Origin: a virus
Lineage: Duplodnaviria > Caudoviricetes
DNA length: 64,000 nt
IMG/VR virus record: IMGVR_UViG_3300020331_000002
Direction: 5' to 3' (one strand)
Part shown: positions 28,370 to 36,244 of the stretch, piece by piece
Position numbering within the stretch: the stretch's first letter is position 1
How the letters are laid out: every line of letters starts with the position of its first letter
The notes under the pieces: generated by a model
The model's input: the letters and a program-made list of their open reading frames with translations, nothing else
Databases searched by the model: none
Told to the model about the DNA's origin: nothing
Translations under genes and position numbers: made by a program

Positions 28370-28915
28370 TTAAGATACTACTTTGACCCACTGGTTATAA
28401 AACGCATCGCGACCAAAGCCAAGGTACATATCGTCACCAACGAGAACAAGAGCTACTTCACGTGAACTTGTCTTAGTTGCGGACGGATTAGGTGCCGCAA
28501 GATATTTGCTCCAGTCAGCACTAACGATACCGTGTTTGTCAAGAACGCTTTCGATATCTTCATAATAAACAACGTTATTGCCGTGGCCTATTTGGCGCCA
28601 ATTAGAAGGCTTAGTGTTCCACTCTGCACCCAAGTCATGTAACGCTTGGTAAATTTCACTTACTGCGTCATCGTCTTGTTCTGTTATCGACATTAGCTTA
28701 CGCATTGCGCTAGGCTGTTCAGCACTTTCGTCCATATCTTCGCCTATTTCATCAGCCATCATGTCTTCAAAGTCCATAAGCTTATTCATGATATTATCAT
28801 AAAATGCTTTGACTTTATCTGATGATGCTTGATCATCGACTTGAAGCATCAAGTAATTGCGCTCTTTAGTCAGCGCATTATAAGTGGCGTTCGCCAATGA
28901 GTTAAATTTTGACAT
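28370..28915 (-). CDS. candidate internal head protein (internal MRKLMSITE motif)
   Basis: 181 aa acidic; family motif at about aa 70-79. Confidence 0.6.
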   Translation of the reverse strand: MSKFNSLANATYNALTKERNYLMLQVDDQASSDKVKAFYDNIMNKLMDFEDMMADEIGEDMDESAEQPSAMRKLMSITEQDDDAVSEIYQALHDLGAEWNTKPSNWRQIGHGNNVVYYEDIESVLDKHGIVSADWSKYLAAPNPSATKTSSREVALVLVGDDMYLGFGRDAFYNQWVKVVS

Positions 28916-28955
28916 TCTGATATCCTATTCTTTTTATTTTTCGTTATTAGGATTT

Positions 28956-29031
28956 TGGAGCGGGTAACGGGGCTCGAACCCGTGGCCTCTACCTTGGCAA
29001 GGTAGCGCTCTACCAACTGAGCTACACCCGC
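28956..29031 (-). tRNA. tRNA-Gly(GCC)
   Basis: Canonical cloverleaf with CCA. Confidence 0.95.
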
Positions 29032-29039
29032 ATAATTGG

Positions 29040-29288
29040 TTATTCGCCTACGTACTCGTGATACTTTTCACAATGTCGATCTGAACAAGTCTGGTCAGTA
29101 TAAGTCATAGTACCGCATTCAGGACAAGGAATACTTCCTTCTCTTCCTTCACGCACTTGGGATTCGCTTCTGCGAGAACGGCGCTTATCTGAGCTTTCCG
29201 GTTGGTTTATGTCAGCTTGTTGATCGTCGTGGCCCATGCTATCACTTTCAGTAATGGCATTCATAAATTTACGCATTGTATCAGACAT
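29040..29288 (-). CDS. candidate internal head protein (MSDTMRKFMNAITE), C-terminal Zn ribbon
   Basis: Family N-terminus, TAAATA at 29313-29318, CPEC...CSDRHC. Confidence 0.65.
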   Translation of the reverse strand: MSDTMRKFMNAITESDSMGHDDQQADINQPESSDKRRSRRSESQVREGREGSIPCPECGTMTYTDQTCSDRHCEKYHEYVGE

Positions 29289-29311
29289 TAGTATGTCACT
29301 CCTATTTTTAG

Positions 29312-29707
29312 TTATTTAGCATGTTGCTCAAGGACTGATCTATTATCTTCTTCATCCGGATGCTTGTTTCTGCGTGCATCGGCTTCTTGCCTCATACTGA
29401 CTAAATGCTTGCCGGGCTTACCGAGTACCACATCGTGAATAGGTTCTATACGTATAGTATCAATAATTTGACAATACTTTGCTCTTAACTCGTCACTTAT
29501 CTTAGTATACTCGGTACGCGAGCCAAAAAAGAAATTACTAACTTCTTTAGGAGATCCTGCGATTAACCATTTTAGATGATTGACTGTTTTACCGATTCTT
29601 TCAACTAAATGGCCGTAATTGCATCCCGCAACAAGTGAGTCACCGTCTAAAAGAAATTCAGTATCACCATCTTTCAAAGTGTAAACAACGATGTATATTT
29701 TGGCCAC
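29312..29707 (-). CDS. hypothetical protein
   Basis: 131 aa, GAGG RBS. Confidence 0.7.
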   Translation of the reverse strand: MAKIYIVVYTLKDGDTEFLLDGDSLVAGCNYGHLVERIGKTVNHLKWLIAGSPKEVSNFFFGSRTEYTKISDELRAKYCQIIDTIRIEPIHDVVLGKPGKHLVSMRQEADARRNKHPDEEDNRSVLEQHAK

Positions 29708-29728
29708 AGTATTGCCTCGTTAAGAAAT

Positions 29729-29880
29729 TGGGCGAGCCGCCGGGATTCGAACCCGGGAATACAGAATACTTCCGCTATTTGCATTTCACTTGGCATTGTC
29801 CGTACCTTTAAACCCCTCATACCAATACTTGGCTTAAAGAACCGATGCACCGATTCTTAAAGTTGCAAGGAGTCAGCCCG
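29729..29880 (-). ncRNA. tmRNA-like/tRNA-like RNA, 152 nt, G3-U70 pair
   Basis: CGGGCUG/CGGCUCG-C-CCA acceptor, CCGGG-UUCGAAU-CCCGG T arm, no D or anticodon arm. Confidence 0.7.
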
Positions 29881-29890
29881 ATTGTTAAAA

Positions 29891-29970
29891 TGGCGCAGGT
29901 GTAGGGAGTCGAACCCTCAAGTCTCTCGACACGGTTTTGGAGACCGCTTTGCTCGCCAATGCGCACCTAC
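29891..29970 (-). tRNA. tRNA-Trp(CCA) with extended variable arm
   Basis: GCGGU-CUCCAAA-ACCGU; variable hairpin GUC-GAGA-GAC; G73, CCA. Confidence 0.85.
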
Positions 29971-30159
29971 TTAATTCAAATTACCTAGTATCGCAGTAAG
30001 CACGATACCGACTTCTAGTCCCAGTAAAACGCCTACACAAGCGCAGGGAATCATATAACGATATTCACTCTGCCGTGCATGGACAGGTTTTCTTGCATAG
30101 AACACCAACGGTGCAGCCATGCCTAATAACAATCCGATAATACCGCATACGATTATCAT
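29971..30159 (-). CDS. small membrane protein
   Basis: 62 aa, two TM segments. Confidence 0.6.
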   Translation of the reverse strand: MIIVCGIIGLLLGMAAPLVFYARKPVHARQSEYRYMIPCACVGVLLGLEVGIVLTAILGNLN

Positions 30160-30176
30160 AATTCACCCAAATAAAT

Positions 30177-30261
30177 TGGTACGGATGGAGAGACTTGAAC
30201 TCTCACGTCTTTCGACACTGGAACCTAAATCCAGCGTGTCTACCAATTCCACCACATCCGC
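30177..30261 (-). tRNA. tRNA-Leu(UAG)
   Basis: Class II cloverleaf, A73, CCA. Confidence 0.95.
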
Positions 30262-30265
30262 GTTG

Positions 30266-30526
30266 TTACTTTTTAACTTTCTCGCCGAGCGGAAGATCGT
30301 CTAGCTCATACGCTTCGTAATCGCCGAGCACCGTCTCTGCGTGCTCTATTGCATCTTCCACTGACCAAAACGGTTTAGGTGGTATATCATCTTCATGATC
30401 ACCTAACCCTTTTGCTACGTACCGTCTTGTATCTAACATTAGGTACACATTAAAGCGCTCATACGGGTCTTTGTATTCTATGAATGCCTTAAACTCGTAT
30501 AAAGGCAATAAATCGTCTAACAACAT
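30266..30526 (-). CDS. hypothetical protein (late)
   Basis: 86 aa, TAAATA at 30553-30558. Confidence 0.65.
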   Translation of the reverse strand: MLLDDLLPLYEFKAFIEYKDPYERFNVYLMLDTRRYVAKGLGDHEDDIPPKPFWSVEDAIEHAETVLGDYEAYELDDLPLGEKVKK

Positions 30527-30568
30527 ATTCGTACATCCTTATGGTATACGAATATTTATGCATTTGAT

Positions 30569-30865
30569 TTAATGCTCGAAAATATCGTCGCAGGTTATTT
30601 CACCATCAATTACGGCTCTAACTAGCGCACGTTTTTCGTCAGCTTTTCCAATAACGGGACAACCAGCAGTTTCAAAGTAAAAATCACACTTATTACAACC
30701 TGCGTTGGTTGAGCCTGATACAAAATCTTCGAACGTTGGTGTCATCATGGCCAACGCTTGCTCGCGCTGCATATCATACGAAGCAACAACTTTATCAATG
30801 GCGGTTGCTAGATGATTGATGAACCATGCTCGTAGATCATTTGAAATCTTTATACCTTTGCGCAT
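30569..30865 (-). CDS. hypothetical protein
   Basis: 98 aa, GAGG RBS. Confidence 0.7.
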   Translation of the reverse strand: MRKGIKISNDLRAWFINHLATAIDKVVASYDMQREQALAMMTPTFEDFVSGSTNAGCNKCDFYFETAGCPVIGKADEKRALVRAVIDGEITCDDIFEH

Positions 30866-30942
30866 AAGTAAACCTCATGTGCTATCTAAAACATAGCGTT
30901 AGTATAAGGCCTTTTTTAGCATTGTAAAGACTTATCTGGCAT

Positions 30943-30975
30943 AAAAAATGCGGCTAACTTTCGTTGCCGCATTTT
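30943..30975 (-). terminator. rho-independent terminator
   Basis: AUGCGGCAAC-GAAA-GUUAGCCGCAU then U tract. Confidence 0.75.
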
Positions 30976-30997
30976 GTGAACTACTTAATTTAATTTA

Positions 30998-31405
30998 CTA
31001 AGCAGAACGCATAATTGTGGCATAAATTTCTAACAGGTCGTTGAGTTGGAAAACTTCTTCTTGTAGAAAGTCGATTGCTTCCATAGCAACGTCGTTGCCG
31101 TATCCTACACGCTTAGCCCAATCAAAAAAGTACTGCTCAACAGCACGGTATTGATCGTCGCTAGCTGTACCGAAGTTAGAGATACCGAATTGCTTGAGGA
31201 AGCGGCCAGGGCGACGGCGTTTCATCTCAGCTGTGATTTCCCACGCTACGTGAACGATTTGCTCAGGCACGCCATAATCGCTAGCAAAGTCCATGACTTC
31301 TTCAGACTCAATTGTAGCGCCAGGCAGGGCAGCAATGTCAGCAGCATATTGACCAACTTCTGAATCTTCTTCAGTCATAAGGTTCATAATTTTTCTCATA
31401 TCCAT
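30998..31405 (-). CDS. candidate internal head protein (MDMRKIMNLMTEE)
   Basis: Family N-terminus; TAAATA at 31474-31479. Confidence 0.65.
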   Translation of the reverse strand: MDMRKIMNLMTEEDSEVGQYAADIAALPGATIESEEVMDFASDYGVPEQIVHVAWEITAEMKRRRPGRFLKQFGISNFGTASDDQYRAVEQYFFDWAKRVGYGNDVAMEAIDFLQEEVFQLNDLLEIYATIMRSA

Positions 31406-31508
31406 AAAGCGGTCTCCTTTAAAATGCTAATTGGAATGGTTGTCGCATGCATATCTCGCATAAATTACAAGAGTATTTAGTACGATATCGCATTGCTAGT
31501 TTCGAATA

Positions 31509-31709
31509 TTATCGCCTTATCAGTTCTACACGACATTTTCGCTTTATTTTGGCAGAAAGTTTTTTTGCTTTGGCCTGTAAGCGAAGCCACTCAATGGCAA
31601 TTTCGTTGCCGTGGTCACTTTCTATATGCAACATTCTTTCTTCAAGTTCGCCGATGCGATCGAGAACCTCAGCTTCCTTCTTAAGCAGTTTCAGGAGTTT
31701 ATGTGACAT
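31509..31709 (-). CDS. hypothetical coiled-coil protein
   Basis: 66 aa. Confidence 0.55.
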   Translation of the reverse strand: MSHKLLKLLKKEAEVLDRIGELEERMLHIESDHGNEIAIEWLRLQAKAKKLSAKIKRKCRVELIRR

Positions 31710-31724
31710 TATGTGCCTATAATA

Positions 31725-31801
31725 TGGCAGGTGCGGCAGGATTCGAACCTGCGACCCTTGGCTTAGAAGGCCAATGCTCTATCCAGCTGCGCTACGCACC
31801 C
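31725..31801 (-). tRNA. tRNA-Arg(UCU)
   Basis: Canonical cloverleaf with CCA. Confidence 0.95.
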
Positions 31802-31813
31802 ATTAAAGATGAT

Positions 31814-32107
31814 TTAATCAAACGGCCAGTTCGGGTCTTGTTCAGAGAATTCCATCATAGAGCCATGGAAATCAAGGTTAATTGAACCTACCTTAGCTTC
31901 GTGATAAAATATACCTATCACCGAGTCGTCTTGGTTGTATATTACCTCAACACGGTGCCCGTCAATTTCTGACTGTTCAATGTCGTCGCTGCTAACCTCC
32001 ATGGTGAGGTCTTCCCAACGACTGTAATTAACTTTTTTGAAGTTTCCGGATTCAGTAAGTGGCTTACCTTCCATCACGTTCATAAATCCGCGCATTGTAT
32101 CTGACAT
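31814..32107 (-). CDS. candidate internal head protein (MSDTMRGFMNVMEG)
   Basis: Family N-terminus; TAAATA at 32133-32138. Confidence 0.65.
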   Translation of the reverse strand: MSDTMRGFMNVMEGKPLTESGNFKKVNYSRWEDLTMEVSSDDIEQSEIDGHRVEVIYNQDDSVIGIFYHEAKVGSINLDFHGSMMEFSEQDPNWPFD

Positions 32108-32163
32108 ATTAAGTTATCCTATATAATGTACGTATTTAGTGACAGTGGCTCAACTACTGTATA

Positions 32164-32337
32164 TTAAGACTCACTCTCGTGTATCTTCTTCCACTGTTCA
32201 ACAGCATCAAAAAACAAGTCACTCACGGCATCTGCACCGGCGTCTGCAATAGATATCATCGTTTCTGAATCGTTCCATTGCGAGAGCCACTTCATGGTTT
32301 CATCAAACCATTTAATTTTATCTTCGTCTGTCATTAT
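32164..32337 (-). CDS. hypothetical protein (MTDEDKIKWF...)
   Basis: Start re-called to avoid tRNA overlap. Confidence 0.55.
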   Translation of the reverse strand: MMTDEDKIKWFDETMKWLSQWNDSETMISIADAGADAVSDLFFDAVEQWKKIHESES

Positions 32338-32377
32338 GTATACGCCTTTAAAACAGTACACACTTGCAAATTTAATT

Positions 32378-32461
32378 TGGTGCACGGTGTGGGACTCGAA
32401 CCCACACGCCTAAGGCCACGGCTTTTAAAGCCGCTATGTCTACCAATTTCATCACCCGTGC
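32378..32461 (-). tRNA. tRNA-Leu(UAA)
   Basis: Class II cloverleaf with CCA. Confidence 0.92.
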
Positions 32462-32472
32462 ATGAAAGACAG

Positions 32473-32904
32473 TTAGATAACTGCCTTTGCGATTGCTGAA
32501 GCCGATTTACCGTCGTACAAGCCTTCGTGATTAGCTTTAAGGTGCTTCATCACTTGGCCCATATTACAACCAGGGTTGGCTTCTACGAATGAAACGATTG
32601 TGCCTCTCAGCTCATCTTCATTCATTTGTTTAGGAATGTACCCGTTTACCACGTCAAGCTCAAGCTCATAAGCGGCAAGCTCTGATACCTGATTGCGCTC
32701 TTTCATGTTAGTGATAGTTTCATCAATTGACTTGACGAACTTTTTGCACACTTGCACAACCTCTGCATCAGTCGATAGACGCTTTCCATCGTCTAAGCCG
32801 ATGCGCGAAGCTTCAGAATACAACGTGGTTAAAATACTAACTCTGGCGCTGTCTCGTGCTTTCATAGCTGCCATACGGTCAGCCTTTATCTTTTCTATCA
32901 ACAT
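32473..32904 (-). CDS. yqeY: GatB/YqeY-domain protein
   Basis: LIEKIKADRMAAMKARD...PKQMNEDEL...MGQVMKHLK...DGK. Confidence 0.9.
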   Translation of the reverse strand: MLIEKIKADRMAAMKARDSARVSILTTLYSEASRIGLDDGKRLSTDAEVVQVCKKFVKSIDETITNMKERNQVSELAAYELELDVVNGYIPKQMNEDELRGTIVSFVEANPGCNMGQVMKHLKANHEGLYDGKSASAIAKAVI

Positions 32905-32921
32905 TTCTTTGTTTCCTTCGG

Positions 32922-33200
32922 TTATGTGCCGGCTACAGTGTCGCGGTAAGCGGTGTCGAGTTTCCCAACAACTTTTACTTTCATAATACGGTGCGGCGGG
33001 TAGTGTTCAAAATATTCTTCGCCTTCGGGGTTTTCAGGATTGTGGCGATAGCCAGTTGCAACAATAGCGGAAGAGTGTTCGCGGGCTTTATTTGCGTTCG
33101 CCACGTTGTATTTGAATACTCGGCCATCGTCAATGTAAACTTGGATTTCCATTAGTGTTACTCCGTGTATGTAGAAATGCAGGATCATGTCGCCAAACAC
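32922..33200 (-). CDS. hypothetical protein
   Basis: Likely starts at MEIQVY; 76-92 aa. Confidence 0.65.
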   Translation of the reverse strand: MFGDMILHFYIHGVTLMEIQVYIDDGRVFKYNVANANKAREHSSAIVATGYRHNPENPEGEEYFEHYPPHRIMKVKVVGKLDTAYRDTVAGT

Positions 33201-33224
33201 TCACCTGCATTGAGGACAAACTAA

Positions 33225-33578
33225 TTAATAATCGTCGGTAGGATCAAACACAAGATAAGTATAACGGCCGCCATATGCATTCACTGTGTGAACACGAGCG
33301 TATACGCCGCCTTCAGTGTCTACGCCACGATTACTACCGTAGGCTACTTGCACCTTAGATCCGTGCTTGGCTTTCACTTTTTGCAAGTCACTGATCAACT
33401 CGTCGATGTCATGTGCGCCAGATATTCTGTCGCCTGCATCTTCGTGCGGTTCATCTTCATCATCGTCTGGCATGTCGTAATCGTCTTCATTAACTTGTTC
33501 GACGTTCTCTTCAACAGCCCTGTTTTGTTCTGTTTCATCGCCAATGGCATCCATCAGCGAGCGCATATAATCCGACAT
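33225..33578 (-). CDS. candidate internal head protein (MSDYMRSLMDAIGDE)
   Basis: Start re-called at 33578 (GGAG RBS; TAAATA at 33607-33612); track start overlaps tRNA. Confidence 0.65.
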   Translation of the reverse strand: MSDYMRSLMDAIGDETEQNRAVEENVEQVNEDDYDMPDDDEDEPHEDAGDRISGAHDIDELISDLQKVKAKHGSKVQVAYGSNRGVDTEGGVYARVHTVNAYGGRYTYLVFDPTDDY

Positions 33579-33630
33579 GTAGTTCTCCTCGTTGTCGCTT
33601 TCTTTGTATTTAGCTACGACAAGGTCGATA

Positions 33631-33705
33631 TGGTAGAGACACCGTGGGTCGAACACGGAGCACCAGCCTTATGAGAGCCGGGCGAATACCTTCCATTCTG
33701 TCTCT
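33631..33705 (-). tRNA. tRNA-Met(CAU), elongator type
   Basis: AGAGACA/UGUCUCU-A-CCA, CU-CAU-AA loop, no GGG/CCC. Confidence 0.8.
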
Positions 33706-33711
33706 AGTATT

Positions 33712-33801
33712 TGGCGGAGAGTACAGGATTCGAACCTGTGCGCCCCTTTCGGGACTCTCGATTAGCAGTCGAGCGCGATAGACCTACTCTGCCAACTCTC
33801 C
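33712..33801 (-). tRNA. tRNA-Ser(GCU)
   Basis: Class II cloverleaf, G73, CCA. Confidence 0.95.
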
Positions 33802-33808
33802 TTTAAAC

Positions 33809-33905
33809 TAGTACCAGGTACGGGATTCGAACCCGCAGGGTCATTATTGCAGACCGCGACAAGCACTTCCGTGATGCCGCGCCTTCCCATTCGGCGCAAC
33901 CTAGT
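33809..33905 (-). ncRNA. atypical tRNA-like gene (CGG loop, A33, long variable arm, ACUA end)
   Basis: Paired acceptor, D and T arms; loop CACGGAA; about 25-nt variable region. Confidence 0.65.
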
Positions 33906-33908
33906 ATA

Positions 33909-34002
33909 TGGCGGTGAGGGTGGGATTCGAACCCACGGCCGATGTTACCACCGACGTTTGATTTCAAGTCAAGTGCAATAAACCAGACTCTGCCACCTCA
34001 CC
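33909..34002 (-). tRNA. tRNA-Ser(UGA)
   Basis: Class II cloverleaf, G73, CCA. Confidence 0.95.
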
Positions 34003-34205
34003 ATAAACCTTTACAAGCTGTTTATATCAGCTATAGCTTCTTTGAGAGATTCACGCGCACGTTTTTCGCGCTCGAGTTCTTCAACTCTTTTTTCTAGCTT
34101 TTTTACAAGCTTAACAAGATCACCGTGTGTCATTGTCATTGTGAACCTCTATTTAATATGGCGCCGGCCCTGCGATACAACAGGGGATCACCCGGCATTG
34201 TAAAC

Positions 34206-34280
34206 TGGTAGGTTAGGTGAGTATCGAACTCACTACAACTGCTTTGTAAGAACAGCGCCTCACCTGTCGGCCTCTAACCT
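34206..34280 (-). tRNA. tRNA-Val(UAC)
   Basis: Cloverleaf with CCA. Confidence 0.9.
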
Positions 34281-34287
34281 ATAATTC

Positions 34288-34584
34288 TTAAACTGCTTCG
34301 TGTGTAAACTTACACATTACTCGGTAGAATATCTGCGTTGCAGCATACTTGTCGATATTGTCAAGAAACATTTGGAAGAACTTCTTCTCCGAGTCACTAT
34401 TGTCCATAGCAACTGCTTTATTCAAAGTATCTACATATGTTTCTCTAGGAATCAACATAAAGTTTGCGTATTCTACACGACCCCATTCGATTAACTGCTT
34501 AAATGTTTCGGGGTCTAACTCCGCTTTAAGCTCGTTGACGCGCTCTGTAAGCTCGTCTATGAAGTTATTTTTGTAATCTTCCAT
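34288..34584 (-). CDS. hypothetical protein
   Basis: 98 aa. Confidence 0.7.
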   Translation of the reverse strand: MEDYKNNFIDELTERVNELKAELDPETFKQLIEWGRVEYANFMLIPRETYVDTLNKAVAMDNSDSEKKFFQMFLDNIDKYAATQIFYRVMCKFTHEAV

Positions 34585-34703
34585 AACGTTACTCGTTAAG
34601 TTTTAATCTATAATAGCACGTCTGTAGAAGCTTACAAGAATAATTTCTACTTTATTTAAAAATAAAAAAGTGCCAAAGTAATTACTACAATGACACCTTA
34701 AAA

Positions 34704-34776
34704 TGGTTGCGGGTGCAGGTAACGATCCTGCCGGTCCTGGGTTATGAGCCCTGGTTGAACACCATGTTCACCCGCG
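34704..34776 (-). tRNA. initiator tRNA-fMet(CAU) #1
   Basis: C1:A72 mismatch, GGG/CCC in AC stem, unusual AUCGUUA T loop. Confidence 0.85.
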
Positions 34777-34783
34777 ATAGATT

Positions 34784-34862
34784 TGGTTGCAAGGGCGGGA
34801 TTTGAACCCGCGTCCGCTAGGGTTATGAGCCCTGCCATCTGCCAGACTGATTGTACCTTGCT
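34784..34862 (-). tRNA. initiator tRNA-fMet(CAU) #2
   Basis: A1:A72 mismatch, CAGGG/CCCUA AC stem, CCA. Confidence 0.85.
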
Positions 34863-34868
34863 ATTGTT

Positions 34869-34948
34869 TGGCGCGGCAGGTAGGAGTCGAACCCACATGT
34901 TTCCAATTACTCTTTCGACTGGTTCGTAGCCAGAGGAGATACAACCGC
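34869..34948 (-). ncRNA. rearranged tRNA-Arg(ACG)-like RNA lacking a 5' D arm
   Basis: Acceptor GCGGUUG/CUGCCGC-G-CCA, CUGG-CUACGAA-CCAG, D-loop-like UAAUUGG located 3' of anticodon arm. Confidence 0.7.
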
Positions 34949-34958
34949 ATTAAACTTT

Positions 34959-35453
34959 TTAACCTTTTTCGTCAAGAAGGATATCTGTTATAATTTCTTC
35001 AAATGCGTGGTAGTCTTCCATACCATCCCAATTGCCTTCGTTATAAAAAATATCCGTCGTTAGTGATACTATCTCGCGTCGACGATTACGTGGCATTGCC
35101 TTCCAATCATCTATCGAAGTAACGCCTTCTCTACGCAAGGCCGACAAAATAGCAACAGAAAAACTGTCATCATTGTTGCCTGACTTATTAGCATCATTTA
35201 ACACCGAATCTATCATATCAGCAAACATTGCTGAATCCGGCATCGCTTCATCGTCAATCCAGCCATGATTGTAAAACAAGTCACTAGCTTGATCGCCGTA
35301 GCGATATTTTTCGCGTCTTGACAACGCGTTCCAGTCAGCCAGTGTGTTGATATTATCACGAGCTAACATCTGCAATACACCTGACTTAACAACGGCATCG
35401 TTACCGCTAGTGTCTTCCATCAAGTTCATTAATTTTCGCATCTGATCTGACAT
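34959..35453 (-). CDS. candidate internal head protein (MSDQMRKLMNLMED), two internal repeats
   Basis: Family N-terminus; repeated L.R....T..DW..(L/M).R....E.......DLFYN.GW unit. Confidence 0.7.
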   Translation of the reverse strand: MSDQMRKLMNLMEDTSGNDAVVKSGVLQMLARDNINTLADWNALSRREKYRYGDQASDLFYNHGWIDDEAMPDSAMFADMIDSVLNDANKSGNNDDSFSVAILSALRREGVTSIDDWKAMPRNRRREIVSLTTDIFYNEGNWDGMEDYHAFEEIITDILLDEKG

Positions 35454-35462
35454 AAATGTTCC

Positions 35463-35942
35463 TTATTTGATCTGCAATATGCTTGCTACTTGTCGTAATG
35501 CGACTTCGCGCATCGCTTGCGACTTGTATCTTTCTTGCATAAAACTCAAAAGTTGGTTTATGCCATCTTCGAAATCATCATACGCAGAGTTAGGGTCACC
35601 AATACCGTAAGCACCGATGATAACACCGTTAGCAAAGTATTCACCGTCTTCTGCTATTTCAAGGACTTCGGCTTCTTCTTTAGCTTGCGCGGCCTGGATG
35701 ACCTTAGTAGCAAACTCGTACGGAGCCATAGCGCCATATGATAAGAGTTGCTTGCCTACTTTTTGCGTATAAGACTCTACCGAACCTTGTTCTATACCGT
35801 ATATTAACGCCGACGCTTTATCGTAAAACTGATCAACTGATATAGCATCAGAGTTTTCCGAAATAGCTGTGTCAATATTTTGATTTAATGGCTCGGATTG
35901 ACCTTCCATTAAATTCATTATTTTGCGCATCTGATCTGACAC
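35463..35942 (-). CDS. candidate internal head protein (MSDQMRKIMNLMEG)
   Basis: Family N-terminus; TAAATA at 35976-35981. Confidence 0.7.
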   Translation of the reverse strand: MSDQMRKIMNLMEGQSEPLNQNIDTAISENSDAISVDQFYDKASALIYGIEQGSVESYTQKVGKQLLSYGAMAPYEFATKVIQAAQAKEEAEVLEIAEDGEYFANGVIIGAYGIGDPNSAYDDFEDGINQLLSFMQERYKSQAMREVALRQVASILQIK

Positions 35943-35992
35943 TTAGTATCTCCTATAAACTATTCGTATATAGCTTATTTACGCATTTAAGT

Positions 35993-36069
35993 TGGAAGGG
36001 GTGGCAGGATTCGAACCTGCGAGTACCGGGATCAAAGCCCGGGGCCTTAGACCGCTTGGCAACACCCCT
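35993..36069 (-). tRNA. tRNA-Gln(UUG)
   Basis: CCGGG-CUUUGAU-CCCGG, CCA. Confidence 0.92.
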
Positions 36070-36075
36070 ACAAAC

Positions 36076-36152
36076 TGGTCGGTGTAAGACGACTTGAACG
36101 TCTGACCCCTTGGTCCCAAACCAAGTGCTCTACCAAACTGAGCTATACACCG
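36076..36152 (-). tRNA. tRNA-Pro(UGG)
   Basis: C1-G72, UUUGGGA loop, CCA. Confidence 0.95.
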
Positions 36153-36158
36153 TTTAAC

Positions 36159-36236
36159 TGGTTGTCCCTGCTGGATTTGAACCAGCGATCAGCGATTATC
36201 AGTCGCACGCTTTAGACCAGACTAAGCTAAGGGACA
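36159..36236 (-). tRNA. tRNA-Ile(GAU)
   Basis: Cloverleaf with CCA. Confidence 0.92.
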
Positions 36237-36244
36237 ATAAACCT

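Noticed and set aside
30177-34002. Suppressor tRNAs or stop-codon recoding (anticodons UAG, UAA, UGA)
   Set aside because: These anticodons read CUA, UUA and UCA (Leu, Leu, Ser); ORFs are intact under the standard code
34698-34898. ORF-track ORFs over tRNA clusters (also 40001-40427, 35888-36097, 37361-37543)
   Set aside because: Shadows of tRNA genes with typical tRNA-translation peptides
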